The position numbers and the translations under genes are program-made. 64,000 nt of DNA, taken from an uncultured Chloroflexia bacterium. GTDB taxonomy: Bacteria; Chloroflexota; Anaerolineae; B4-G1; SLSP01. The stretch covers positions 1 through 64,000 of the forward strand of contig CAVVUS010000034.1 in NCBI GenBank assembly GCA_963751345.1, written 5' to 3'. Below the pieces are notes generated by a model. That model did no database searches and was not told the origin of the DNA. It saw only the letters and a list, made by a program, of their open reading frames with translations. Of this stretch, positions 32,855 through 42,971 are shown in pieces; position 1 is the stretch's first letter, and the number at the start of each line of letters is the position of its first letter.

Positions 32855-34141
32855 CTAGAGTCCGAGCCGGAAGAAGGCATTGGCGTTCCCGAACAGCCAG
32901 GCGTGAGCGACTTCCTTGGCATCGTCGAGCCCCAGGTACTCCAAATCGACCAGGTCTGAGAGCGCAATGGCGATGTTGTCGCGCGCAATCTGAACGTGTG
33001 CCCAGGCGCGATCCACACTTCCACCGAAGTCGGAGCCGTAACCGTGGATCTTGCCGTGCGGCACGCTGCTCAACGCTTGCTTGAAGAGATTCTGGCAGTA
33101 GATGGGATCAATGATATTGGCCCAGCAGAAATCCAGTGAGACGTTGGGGTAGTTCTTGGCCAAATACAACCATTCGCCGCTGTAGGGCCAGTTCGCATGG
33201 AAGAGGTCAAAGCGGACCTCTCTGTGCAACTCGATGACCTTGGTCAGGCCGATGGCGTTGGTTTTCACGATGTCGTTGCGGATGCCGGCCATGTGCCCGG
33301 TGTGGATCTGAACCGGCAGGTCCATATCCTGAGCCATTCGCAGGAACTCGTGGAAGAGGAAGTCATCGAGCGGGCGAATCCCGTCGGGGTAGCTCGCGCG
33401 CCGTCGGGGGTCCTCCATGAACCAGTTGAACACGGCCTCGGCCTCGGCCCGTGTGGGATTGCCATAGTCGAGGGTACGGCTATAGGCGGATTGATCCTTG
33501 AAGGCCACGGCGCCCAGCGCCTTGTAAGCCTCGAAGATCTCGCGACAAGCAGCCAAGTATTCGTCGAGGGAGGTCACCGTGCGTCCCAGCGACCCGACGT
33601 GCCGTTGCACGTCGTCATAGCTGGAGATGGCGTGATAACCCGGGAGGGAGACAGCCAGGAATCCCCGAGGGCTCACCTCGAAAGTGCCGTCCACGATCTT
33701 CTTGATATCGGGCCACACATCGAGCACCCGTCCGGCAATCTTCGCCTCGTCCAGAATGCCCACGAAGGTCGCCCGATCCGTGAGATCGAGCAGCCTGTCC
33801 TGCATGCGGATCAACGCGTCCAGGGTCAGTGACGCCTCGCCATAGAACCTCTTGAGCACACGCCGTGTGACCTGCGCGTAGCCTGTATGAGACGTGCGCT
33901 TCCATGCGCGTTCCAGCACCGGCCAGCGCTCCTCCAGCGACCGTGAGGTGTCCTCCAGGAAAGCAATGTCCGCGTCTGACGATGCGCTGTGGATGTCGCT
34001 GTGGAAATAGCCCGATATCACGACCTTGATGGGGTCCTCATACTTCGGGCCGCACGTCCCCGTGTGATCGTGACAATCGACAACCGCCAGCGACTCACAG
34101 TAAGCCCGTAGCTCGTCGTAGTACTTCGATGTTCCCCGCAT
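32855..34141 (-). CDS. Amidohydrolase family protein
   Basis: VVDCHDH, AFK, PVQIHTG, FDLFH, GYGSD. Confidence 0.8.
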   Translation of the reverse strand: MRGTSKYYDELRAYCESLAVVDCHDHTGTCGPKYEDPIKVVISGYFHSDIHSASSDADIAFLEDTSRSLEERWPVLERAWKRTSHTGYAQVTRRVLKRFYGEASLTLDALIRMQDRLLDLTDRATFVGILDEAKIAGRVLDVWPDIKKIVDGTFEVSPRGFLAVSLPGYHAISSYDDVQRHVGSLGRTVTSLDEYLAACREIFEAYKALGAVAFKDQSAYSRTLDYGNPTRAEAEAVFNWFMEDPRRRASYPDGIRPLDDFLFHEFLRMAQDMDLPVQIHTGHMAGIRNDIVKTNAIGLTKVIELHREVRFDLFHANWPYSGEWLYLAKNYPNVSLDFCWANIIDPIYCQNLFKQALSSVPHGKIHGYGSDFGGSVDRAWAHVQIARDNIAIALSDLVDLEYLGLDDAKEVAHAWLFGNANAFFRLGL

Positions 34142-34245
34142 GGATGTGTGCCTCCTGTCAAAGTGAAGCGAAGCGTAAAGGGATCAGTCGATAAGGGGCA
34201 AGGAGGAACCCTCTCAGGCTCCAGGTCTTATCCCTGATTGCCTTA

Positions 34246-35016
34246 TCACGCTGTCCCCATGAGCCCACGTAGATACGCGATAGCATCCGGTGCCACGACC
34301 TCGTACTCGTATTTGTAGAGATCGAGTGAGAGCGGGCCACGGTAGCCTACGCCGTCCAGCGCCTGGAGATACGCTCGCAGGTCCATATCGCCGTCTTGGG
34401 GTACCAGGTGATCGTGGACGCCCCTGGCCATGTTCTCAACATGACAATGGACGATTCTATCACCGATAGCCCTGATTGCCGCCATAGGGTCGGGATCGCA
34501 CAGAAAGGTATGGCCCAGGTCCAGGTTGGCCGCGAGCGCAGGAGAGGCCACCTCCGCGAAGAGCCGCAGCAGATCGGCCGTGGTACCCACGACAAAGTTC
34601 GGTTCGAACTCCTCGGCGAGGATAACGTCGTTGGACTCGGCGACATCGGCCAGCTCCCGCGTGCGCTCGACCATGCGCGACCACTCCCGCTCGTCGCCGG
34701 TGCGTTTGGCGGGCCCGGAGAAGACGAAAAGGTCGGTGCCAAACTCAGGTGTCATCTGAATCGCGTCTTTCGTCATCTCGAAATAGGCATCGCTGTACAC
34801 ATAGTCTTTGTGATAGCTGATCGAGTAAGGCGCGAGTCCCAGCGCAATCACGCGGTCACGCACGGCCCGGATCTTTTCCGGTGCGAGTTCATCCGGCGCC
34901 ATATCGTCGTTCTCCAGGCAGATCTCGACGCCGTCAAAGCCCAGGCTCTTCAGAATCTCCAGACTGCGAAGCACAGGATAGTCGGCCAGGGGTTGAGTAC
35001 GTCCCAGGATTTTCAT
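34246..35016 (-). CDS. Sugar phosphate isomerase/epimerase (TIM barrel)
   Basis: GFDGVEI, LAEEFEP, NLDLGH, HCHVEN, HLVPQDGDMD. Confidence 0.8.
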   Translation of the reverse strand: MKILGRTQPLADYPVLRSLEILKSLGFDGVEICLENDDMAPDELAPEKIRAVRDRVIALGLAPYSISYHKDYVYSDAYFEMTKDAIQMTPEFGTDLFVFSGPAKRTGDEREWSRMVERTRELADVAESNDVILAEEFEPNFVVGTTADLLRLFAEVASPALAANLDLGHTFLCDPDPMAAIRAIGDRIVHCHVENMARGVHDHLVPQDGDMDLRAYLQALDGVGYRGPLSLDLYKYEYEVVAPDAIAYLRGLMGTA

Positions 35017-36257
35017 CGACAACACCTCCTTTTATGCCACAGAAATTCACACGCGGCCACCAGGGCGTCGTCATCGCCGAAGCCGCCCGCCTTCGTGACG
35101 ACGGGGATGCCGTCTGCAACACCCCCGACGAGATAGCCCCAGGGAATGCCGGGGCACACCTCGTCCTGGAGGCGCAGCGCATGTGCCCCCAGGCACCGCC
35201 CCACCGCAATCGCAACGTCGCCGCCGGTCAGCACCAGACCTGCCGGCCTGGCCCGATCCAGCAGCGTTCTCGTAGCCTCGGCCAGGCGCTCGGCCACCAG
35301 CTTGGCTTGGCCGGGGAGATCCGGCAGCCCCTGTGTGGTCAGTATCAGGGAGCCCGAGGCAAGCTGCCGGCCCCAGCCCGCGACGGCATCGCCGGCGAGA
35401 CCATCGGCATCGAAATACCAGGCCACATCCGGGGCTATCACCGATATGCCCGAGGCGCCGGCAACCTCTACCTGGCGCAGGGTCTGCGGATGCCGGCTGG
35501 CCGCGACGGCCAGAACGTGGTCGCCCTGCCATCGAGAAGACTGAGACGGCGCTACGGAAGAGAGTCCGAGCCTCTCCGGCGACAGCATCCGTGTGAGCGC
35601 GCCGGACAAGCCTGCGGATCCGCAGAAAAGGCGAATGCCGCTGCGGATCGCGCCCTCGGCAACCGCCTCCAGATCGGCGTCGGTCTCCGCATCTGCCACC
35701 ACGACACCGCCCAGCGCACGCATCCGGGCCGCAACAGCCTGAGCGCCCTGCCGTACGACGGACAGCGGGAGCGGGGAGAGGACCGACGCCGGGATCCCTT
35801 CGGCGAAGCGCGCGACGACATCGGACGTGAGGACCTCGCGCCCAAATGGCGAATCTGCCAACGGAACGCCGTGAACGTAATGCCGTCCGGCGACCGTCAC
35901 CCGCCCCTGCGCCGGGTACGCGGGAGCCACCAGGGCGCGGGTCACGTCCAGGCCCTCCATCACGGTGGCCAACTCCAGACCCGGATAGCCCCGAAGGGTC
36001 GAATCGACCTTCTTGACCACCCAGGGCCTTTCCCCATCAGACGTTGAGACCACGATCCGGCGCACAATGTCCCGCACACGCATGACCGCTGCGTCCGGCG
36101 GCACGTGGCGACTCTCACTGGAGAAAACCAACACCTGAGCATCGGGGAGGTCATCGCCATCCCAGACCACCAGCGTGACCAGCCCGCGCGCAGCAAAGGC
36201 CACACCGCTGTCTGCTGCCCCTGTCAAATCATCGGCAATGACGACGACAGATGTCAC
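35013..36257 (-). CDS. Four-carbon acid sugar kinase (DUF1537, DtnK/DenK-like)
   Basis: VIADDLTGAAD, KKVDSTLRG, APAYP..GR, GSAGL, LTGGD, VVTKAGGFG; GTG start overlaps the pdxA stop. Confidence 0.9.
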   Translation of the reverse strand: MTSVVVIADDLTGAADSGVAFAARGLVTLVVWDGDDLPDAQVLVFSSESRHVPPDAAVMRVRDIVRRIVVSTSDGERPWVVKKVDSTLRGYPGLELATVMEGLDVTRALVAPAYPAQGRVTVAGRHYVHGVPLADSPFGREVLTSDVVARFAEGIPASVLSPLPLSVVRQGAQAVAARMRALGGVVVADAETDADLEAVAEGAIRSGIRLFCGSAGLSGALTRMLSPERLGLSSVAPSQSSRWQGDHVLAVAASRHPQTLRQVEVAGASGISVIAPDVAWYFDADGLAGDAVAGWGRQLASGSLILTTQGLPDLPGQAKLVAERLAEATRTLLDRARPAGLVLTGGDVAIAVGRCLGAHALRLQDEVCPGIPWGYLVGGVADGIPVVTKAGGFGDDDALVAACEFLWHKRRCCR

Positions 36258-37284
36258 TGAGCCGCCACCATCTGCAGCGCTACGTCGATGGCGGCGAGGA
36301 GGCTGGTCTCCCGGGCCTTGCCGGTTCCCGCAATGTCGAAGGCGGTGCCATGATCGACGGAGGTCCGGATGATCGGGAGCCCCAAGCTCACGTTGACCCC
36401 CTCGTCGAAGGCCAACAGCTTCATCGGGATATGGCCCTGATCGTGGTACATCGCCACGACGATGTCGTAGGCACCCTGGGTGGCCCGGAGGAAGACCGTA
36501 TCGGGTGGCTGTGGATCGGAGACGTCTAGACCGCGGGCGCGGGCAGCGACCACCGCCGGCATGATCTCGCGCGATTCCTGGTCGCCAAAGAGACCGCCTT
36601 CCCCGGCATGGGGATTGAGCCCCGCCACCGCGATCCTCGGCGCTTGAATGCCCAGAGCACGGCACCCACGGTAGGCCAGGTCGATGACCTCGGAGACGCG
36701 ATCTTGTCGCACACGCCGGATCGCCTCCTCCAGCGCCACATGGGTGCTGACGTGAACCACGCGGAGGCGCGGCCCCGTCAGCAACATGGTGACCTTACCG
36801 GCGCCGGTGCGCTCCGTGAGGAGTTCGGTGTGGCCGGCATAGGCAAAGCCGGCCTGGTTCATCGCGTCCTTGTTGAGCGGGGCCGTCACCATGGCCGCGG
36901 CGTCCCCTCGCCATGCAGAGATCACACGCTCGCTGAACGTATTCCACCGCCGCGCGTCCGCTGGGTGCACTTACCTCTCCTACCGGCGCACAGATCGGGA
37001 TCGGCGTTGTGCAGGTCAAGCAGTGGGAGCTCACCGTGAACGGCCTCGACCTCACCGCCCGCCGTCACCGCCGCGATCTCCAGGCGCGGAACGCCTTCCC
37101 AGCGCATCGCCCGCTCCAGGATCCGTCCGTCGCCAACGACCAGAGGGCGACAGCGCCGGATCACTTCCTCGTGTGCCAGGGTCTTGATAACGATCTCGGG
37201 GCCGATCCCTGCCGGATCGCCCATCGTGATGGCCAGCACCGGGCGTCCGGCTTTGGCTTGTAATGCTTCTCGCTCACAATCCAC
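36254..37284 (-). CDS. pdxA: PdxA-family dehydrogenase (PdxA2, threonate/erythronate 4-phosphate dehydrogenase-like; frameshifts ~36920-37010)
   Basis: AITMGDPAGIGPE, VTAPLNK, GHTE, STHV, GLNPHAGE, PPDTVF, AMYHDQG, RTSVDHGTAFDIAG; adjacent to DUF1537 kinase. Confidence 0.88.
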
Positions 37285-38519
37285 GGGCCAACTCCTCTAC
37301 ACCGTGCATGACGCCGGCAGCGATACGTCTGCCGATCTCGCGATAGTCAGCCTGGGTCAGCACGTGCTTTCCGACCAAGGCATACGGGGTCTCGAAGGTG
37401 ATGCTGGGCACACCCAACTGCGACCAGAGATAGTCGCGATACATAGGCGTCTCCCAGCGCGAAGGGTAATGCGCAACACGTGCGAACGGCTCCGCAGCAT
37501 AGCGCACCGATTCGCCTCATCCGATCTCCTTCTTGCCCCTCCGGGGGACCGGGGAGGGGATGAGCCAGCGCCTCGCCGGTCCAGTCAGCCCAACGGTGCA
37601 TCACCTCGTGCGCGCCGCGGGCAACATCAGGATCGGGTACGTAAGCAAAGACCCCGCCGGTCTCGGTAGCGCCCGGCGCGTGGAAATCGATGGCCACCAC
37701 GGTATTGCATCTCGAACGCCACCGCCAGATGTCGCGTTGAAAGACCGAGATTTCGTGACGCATCGGCGGCCTCCCCCACGCGCGGTTGAGATCATAGGGA
37801 AAGTTGTCCTTGCCGTAGTCGCCCCCCTCTACACCGTCGATGTTGGCCAGCGGCACGGCCCAGATCAGGGGCGCCCCGGCACCAAGCGTCGCCATATGGC
37901 GCAGAAAGCCATCCAGAACCCACGATCCCGGCGTCTCACCGGAGTGCTGGCGCGCCATTAGGTAGAGGCCGGGGCGGTCACCACCCTCCCGGCCATAGCC
38001 ATTGCTCAAGCGGAGCAGCGGGCGGGCCGCCTGACTGACGCCGATGGTGTCGATTCGCCACGCATCGCCCATCTCAGCCGCCAGTGCGTGAACCTCCTCG
38101 ACCCCATACGGATAACAGTACGCCACGTCAAAGTGCCGTACCGGCACCTCGACGTGCCAACCGACCTCGATCCGACCGTCGGGCTGTGGCAGCCGCTGGC
38201 CCTCCGGCAAACGGCTCCACTCCCCATCGTCATAGCGTATGACCGGACGGATCGCCAGTGGGTCCTGCCCACCCAGCATATTGTAGCTATGCTTGAGCAC
38301 CAGCCGTACTGCCCTTAGATTCCCTGTCGACGTCTCCCCCTGCGGGGCATCTCCGGTCGTAGCTTCGCCAACGCGTCGCAGCCGGAAACAGAACCAGAGG
38401 GTCTCGGGGCCTCCGTGTGGATCGGGGGAAAAGCTGACCTCCAGTGTGTTGCCGCTGACATTGAGGGATATGTCACATGCATTGCCGTACGGAATACGGG
38501 TGTCAACCTCGAACCACAT
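37274..38519 (-). CDS. M14 zinc carboxypeptidase-like protein, cytosolic type (frameshift ~37510)
   Basis: ARQHSGETPG (HxxE), P.ANIDGV, DLNRAW, IDFH, SITFETP. Confidence 0.75.
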
Positions 38520-38691
38520 ACACTCCTCCCATCAACCATCGGCAGCCTGTTCGTATTGTATCATCAGCACACACACCGTACAAAGCCCGGCTCCATCATC
38601 GTATAGGCCACAGATTCAATGGGATCGGATTGAACCGTAAGCAAAGCCAAGTACAATCGCTGAGAGTTCGGTCAATATAGAGAGTCTAGCC

Positions 38692-39804
38692 ATGAGGTGC
38701 CTGATGATGAGAATGAGCCGCTTGACCCTTGGTCTGATGATCCTCCTGACCGCCTGCGCCGCGACGCCGGAGGCCACGCCGCTCATCTCAAACCAGATCG
38801 TTGTCGAGGATGCATTGGGTCGTTCGATCACGCTGGATGGGCCGCCACAACGCATGGTGATCGCCGGCAAGTCCAACTTCATGATCAACGATGTCGTCTA
38901 CGCCTTCCCGGAGGCGCCCCAGCGCATCGTAGCCTTGACCCGGGCTAAGCAGACCACGACGCCGTTTCTGTCATACCTGGACCCGGCCTTTGAGGAGAAA
39001 CTTCAGCTCACGGCGGAGTCCACGGCGGAGGAGATCGCCGCCACCCAACCCGACGTCGTCTTCCTCAAGGAGCTCATGCAGGATTCCGTGGGCAACGCCC
39101 TCGAGGCCGTGGGTATCCCCGTCGTCTATCTGGGGCTTGAGACGCCCGACCAATATCAGAGCGACTTGGACGTCCTGGGCCAGATCTTCGCCGACCCCGG
39201 GCGAGCCGGTGTGGTCCAGGGATTCTACCAAACGCGACTCGATCGCATTGCCGCAGGTGTCGCGGATCTCGGCGAAGCGAAGTTACCAACTGTGCTGGTC
39301 GTCCAATATAGCACGAGCGGTGCGGATGCCACCGGAAGCAGCGCGGCCCTTGCGGTTCCTCCGACGTCTTGGATCCAGACCCAGATGGTCGAGCTGTCAG
39401 GCGGAGAGCCGGTCTGGACCGAGGCGAGCCAGGGAGGGTGGGCCGTCGTGAACCTGGAGCAGATTGCGGCGTGGGACCCCGACCTGATTTTCGTGATCAG
39501 CTACTTCGACAACGTTGACGACGTCGTGGCCGGCCTCACCGCCGATCCCAACTGGCTGGGCCTCTCCGCGGTCCGGTCGGGTCAGGTCTATGGCTTCCCG
39601 GGCGACTTCTACAGCTGGGATCAGCCGGATAGTCGTTGGATTCTGGGGTTGATGTGGATGGCGACCAAGATCCATCCGGCCGAATTCGCCGACATCGACA
39701 TGGGCCGGGAGATCCAGGCGTTCTACAGCGATCTCTACCGGCTCGACGCTGCGACCGTCAACGCCGAGGTGCTACCACTCCTGGTAGGTGATGTTGCACC
39801 CTAA
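38692..39804 (+). CDS. ABC transporter substrate-binding lipoprotein (iron-chelate/cobalamin class)
   Basis: Lipobox LLTAC, DALGRSITL...PQR, EEIAA.QPDVV, VNLEQIAAWDPD, AVRSGQVY; start may be a downstream Met. Confidence 0.85.
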   Translation: MRCLMMRMSRLTLGLMILLTACAATPEATPLISNQIVVEDALGRSITLDGPPQRMVIAGKSNFMINDVVYAFPEAPQRIVALTRAKQTTTPFLSYLDPAFEEKLQLTAESTAEEIAATQPDVVFLKELMQDSVGNALEAVGIPVVYLGLETPDQYQSDLDVLGQIFADPGRAGVVQGFYQTRLDRIAAGVADLGEAKLPTVLVVQYSTSGADATGSSAALAVPPTSWIQTQMVELSGGEPVWTEASQGGWAVVNLEQIAAWDPDLIFVISYFDNVDDVVAGLTADPNWLGLSAVRSGQVYGFPGDFYSWDQPDSRWILGLMWMATKIHPAEFADIDMGREIQAFYSDLYRLDAATVNAEVLPLLVGDVAP

Positions 39805-39816
39805 GCGGTGGCACAC

Positions 39817-39909
39817 TACCCTCCGGGTTGCTCAACGCCGAAGGCGCGCAACCCGAGAAATCTACAGCAGTGAATTACCTTCCGGGTTGCTCGGAGCAAC
39901 CCGGAAGGT
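39817..39909. repeat. Two tandem copies of an ACCT...AGGT palindrome
   Basis: Perfect ACCTTCCGGGTTGCTC-g-GAGCAACCCGGAAGGT at 39877-39909; degenerate copy at 39817-39855. Confidence 0.65.
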
Positions 39910-39920
39910 CCAGACCTCCT

Positions 39921-40944
39921 ATGCATAGAGAGCCGACGCAGCTTCCTCATCCTGACCTCGCTCCTGCTCCTGATCTTCGGCGTCTCGGTCTTTCTCGGAC
40001 GCTACCCGCACCCCTACTGGACGCCGCCGCGGCTGCTCTGGGAGGATCCGTTGGCACGTCAGTTGGTGCTCAACCTGCGGCTGCCGCGGGTGATTGCGGC
40101 CTGTCTGCTGGGTATGGTGCTCTCGGTCGCCGGGTTCGTCCTGCAGATGCTCTTCCGCAATCCGCTGGTCGAGCCGGGCTTCCTCGGTGTGTCGCAAGGT
40201 GCCGCATTTGGCGCCGCCCTCGGCATCATCGCCCTGAACGCCACGTCATTTGCGCTGCAGGGCATCGCAGCGTTCTTCGCCCTACTGGGGCTCGTCCTGT
40301 GCTATGCCCTGGCCCGCCACATTCGGTACGGGGGATGGACACTGCGGCTGATCCTGGCCGGAATCGCCGTATCAGCGCTTTTCTCAGCGGGTGTGGGCCT
40401 CCTGAAATACGTAGCAGACCCTCTCACGCAATTGCCGGAACTCGTTTTCTGGCTCCTCGGTGCGCTGTGGGGTGTCACCTGGGCGGACACACTGACCGTC
40501 CTGCCCATCGTCACCGTCGCCGTGGTCGTCGCCTATCTGATGCGTTGGCGGCTCAACGTCCTTTCCCTGGACGACACCATCGCGATATCGCTCGGTAGCG
40601 CGCCGGCGCGGGAACGCACACTCCTGCTGTTCGTCGTGGTGGCAGCAACGGCGGCGATGGTCTCGATCTCCGGCATCGTCGGCTGGGTAGGCCTGATCGT
40701 GCCCCAGTTTGCACGACGGATTTTCGGGGCAGATGCGCAGCGCGCACTGCCGGGCGCGCTGCTCCTCGGTGGTATCTTTGCCATGGTCTGCGACGACATT
40801 GCGCGCATCACCTTGTCCGGCGAGATTCCCCTGGGCATCCTGACCTCTCTGCTGGGAGCGGTGCTCTTCGCTATCCTGATGATTGCGCGCTCGAATCCTG
40901 AGCGAGAGAGCGCGCAGAGAAGTCGCGGGAGGCGCACAGCGTGA
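39921..40944 (+). CDS. FecCD-family ABC permease (indel ~39935)
   Basis: LRLPRV, LFRNPLVEP..LGVSQGA, FWLLG, GIVGWVGLIVP, EIPLGILTSLLG. Confidence 0.88.
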
Positions 40945-41756
40945 ATCCCCCCACGATCACGCTAACCGACGTCGTCTTTGACTATCCGGGCGAGCCACGC
41001 CGCCTGCGCCATCCGGACAGCGCCGGCCGGCCATTGTTTGGGGGGCTGTCACTTGAGATCCCGGCCGGGACCGTCACGGCAATCCTCGGCCCGAACGGCT
41101 CGGGGAAGACGACGCTGCTCCATCTGATCCTGGGGATCCTCGCACCGCAGGAAGGGGTGGTGCTGTTGGCGCAGCAACCACGCCAGTTCTACAGCCGCCG
41201 CGAGCTGGGACGTCTGATCGGGCTGGTCTCACAGAACGAGACGATTCCCTTCAACTTTACGGTGCTGGAATATGTGCTCCTGGGGCGGGCGCCCCACCTT
41301 CAACTGCTCCAGACGCCGGGAGAAAAGGATATCGAGGTCGCCCGGCAGGTCCTGGCAGAGATGGGGCTGGAGCATCTGCAGCACCGATCGATCCAATCGC
41401 TGAGCGGGGGAGAGCGCCAGCTCGTGATGGTTGCCCGTGCCCTGGCCCAACGGCCGCGCATCCTGTTGCTGGACGAACCCACCTCGCACCTGGACCTGAG
41501 CAACCGGGATCGTGTGCTGGGCATCCTCGCACAGCAAGCCGGGCAGGGGGTCACCATCGTCTTCACCACGCACGAACCGAACCAGGCCGCATCCGTCGCC
41601 AGGTTCGTCGTGCTGATGCGAGAGGGCCGGGTGCTCGAAGCCGGACCGATGGACGACGTGGTCACCGCCGACCGTCTGAGCCGGACCTACGGGGTGCCCG
41701 TGGAGGTGGTGGAAGTCAAGGGAAGACGGATTGTGGTGCCGGGCGTCATCCGTTAA
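40941..41756 (+). CDS. ABC transporter ATP-binding protein (FepC/BtuD-like)
   Basis: GPNGSGKTT, LSGGERQ, LLLDEPTSHLD, TTH. Confidence 0.92.
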   Translation: MNPPTITLTDVVFDYPGEPRRLRHPDSAGRPLFGGLSLEIPAGTVTAILGPNGSGKTTLLHLILGILAPQEGVVLLAQQPRQFYSRRELGRLIGLVSQNETIPFNFTVLEYVLLGRAPHLQLLQTPGEKDIEVARQVLAEMGLEHLQHRSIQSLSGGERQLVMVARALAQRPRILLLDEPTSHLDLSNRDRVLGILAQQAGQGVTIVFTTHEPNQAASVARFVVLMREGRVLEAGPMDDVVTADRLSRTYGVPVEVVEVKGRRIVVPGVIR

Positions 41757-41763
41757 CCGTCTC

Positions 41764-42834
41764 TCAGCACCCGCCGTTCTGCTGGCTCTGCTCCCAGATC
41801 CGCAGTCCGTAGCGGCTGAGGTAGATTGGGATGTTGCGACAGGGCGAGCTCTCCGCCTCGATCGCCCTGATCATCTCTCGCTTGACGTAGGAGAGTGGCG
41901 GGCAGAGCAATGTGACGGAGCCTCCCTCCCCACCGGCACCATTCACCTTCCAGCCGATGGCGCCGTACGCCTTGGCGATTTCGATGACGCTGCGGGCGTC
42001 CTGGCTGACCAGGTCGGGATGCAGCCGCGCCTGGGCCGCCGTGTTCTCGATCATCGCCTGGCCCAGGGCGGAAAAATCTCCGGCGTAGATGGCATCGCGG
42101 GATTTCTCGGCTGTTCCTCGCAGATCTTGAAGACGCTTCGCCTCGGGGCCCTCGTTCTCCAGGTCGGCGATGACCTTCTCGTGCACGTCGGAGGAAACGT
42201 GGGACTTGCCCAGATAGACCAGGGCTAGCCTTCGCTCCAGCTCCCACCAGGTTGAATTGGACACGAAGATCTGGCTGACGGAAGCGTAGGGGTAGTGCGT
42301 CATCTCAATGAAGTTGATGCCACCGTAGGCCGAACAGAGCTGATCCTGAATGCCGGACTGCTGTTTGAGCATCTCGCTCTCCACGGCGTGCGCCGTGGCG
42401 GCGACCTCGTGGGGACTCAGTTGCCCCGGGGTCAAGCGATCCAACGCTCCGATGAGCGCCACCGTCACCGCAGCCGAGGTGCCGGTCGAACAGCCGCTCG
42501 GTGCTTCGGAGAAGATCGTGGCCTGAATGGCATAGTTCCGCGGCACGCCCATCCGCTCGATGGCAGCCTCCAGCAGGGGATGATGGTCCCACCCCGGCAC
42601 GTCGGGGTTCACGACAAAGCGCTCCCCGTAGTTCTCGGCATAGAGCACGATCCGGTCCTCGCCGGACTCGTAAGGGAAGACCTCAATCTGCACCTCAACG
42701 TAGGGGTAGACGCCAATATTGAAGATCTTGCCATGCTCGGCAAACCACGTGTCGGTCCATCCGCCGTTATCGCAGATCCGGATAGGGGCAACGCTATTGA
42801 TCACCCGTAACGGGCGCCGTTCCGGTTGGCTCAT
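41764..42834 (-). CDS. GHMP kinase (HddA/heptose-7-phosphate-kinase-like)
   Basis: APIRICDNGGWTD, P.GCSTGTSA, GIQDQ...YGG, KVNGAGGEGG. Confidence 0.82.
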   Translation of the reverse strand: MSQPERRPLRVINSVAPIRICDNGGWTDTWFAEHGKIFNIGVYPYVEVQIEVFPYESGEDRIVLYAENYGERFVVNPDVPGWDHHPLLEAAIERMGVPRNYAIQATIFSEAPSGCSTGTSAAVTVALIGALDRLTPGQLSPHEVAATAHAVESEMLKQQSGIQDQLCSAYGGINFIEMTHYPYASVSQIFVSNSTWWELERRLALVYLGKSHVSSDVHEKVIADLENEGPEAKRLQDLRGTAEKSRDAIYAGDFSALGQAMIENTAAQARLHPDLVSQDARSVIEIAKAYGAIGWKVNGAGGEGGSVTLLCPPLSYVKREMIRAIEAESSPCRNIPIYLSRYGLRIWEQSQQNGGC

Positions 42835-42885
42835 GTCTGGCTCCTTGTTTTGCTACGAAGTTCCGTCAGCGGCTATAATATACAG

Positions 42886-42957
42886 CGTTTCCACGTTAGC
42901 ACGTTGAACGTTAAACGTTATGAGTTCAAACGTGGAAACGTGTTGACGTGTCAACGT
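42886..42957. repeat. ACGT-core short-period repeat / inverted repeat in a divergent promoter region
   Basis: Eight ACGT cores in two blocks at 7-8 nt spacing; CGTTTCCACGTT / AACGTGGAAACG 12-bp inverted repeat. Confidence 0.6.
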
Positions 42958-42971
42958 CCGAAAGGAATATC

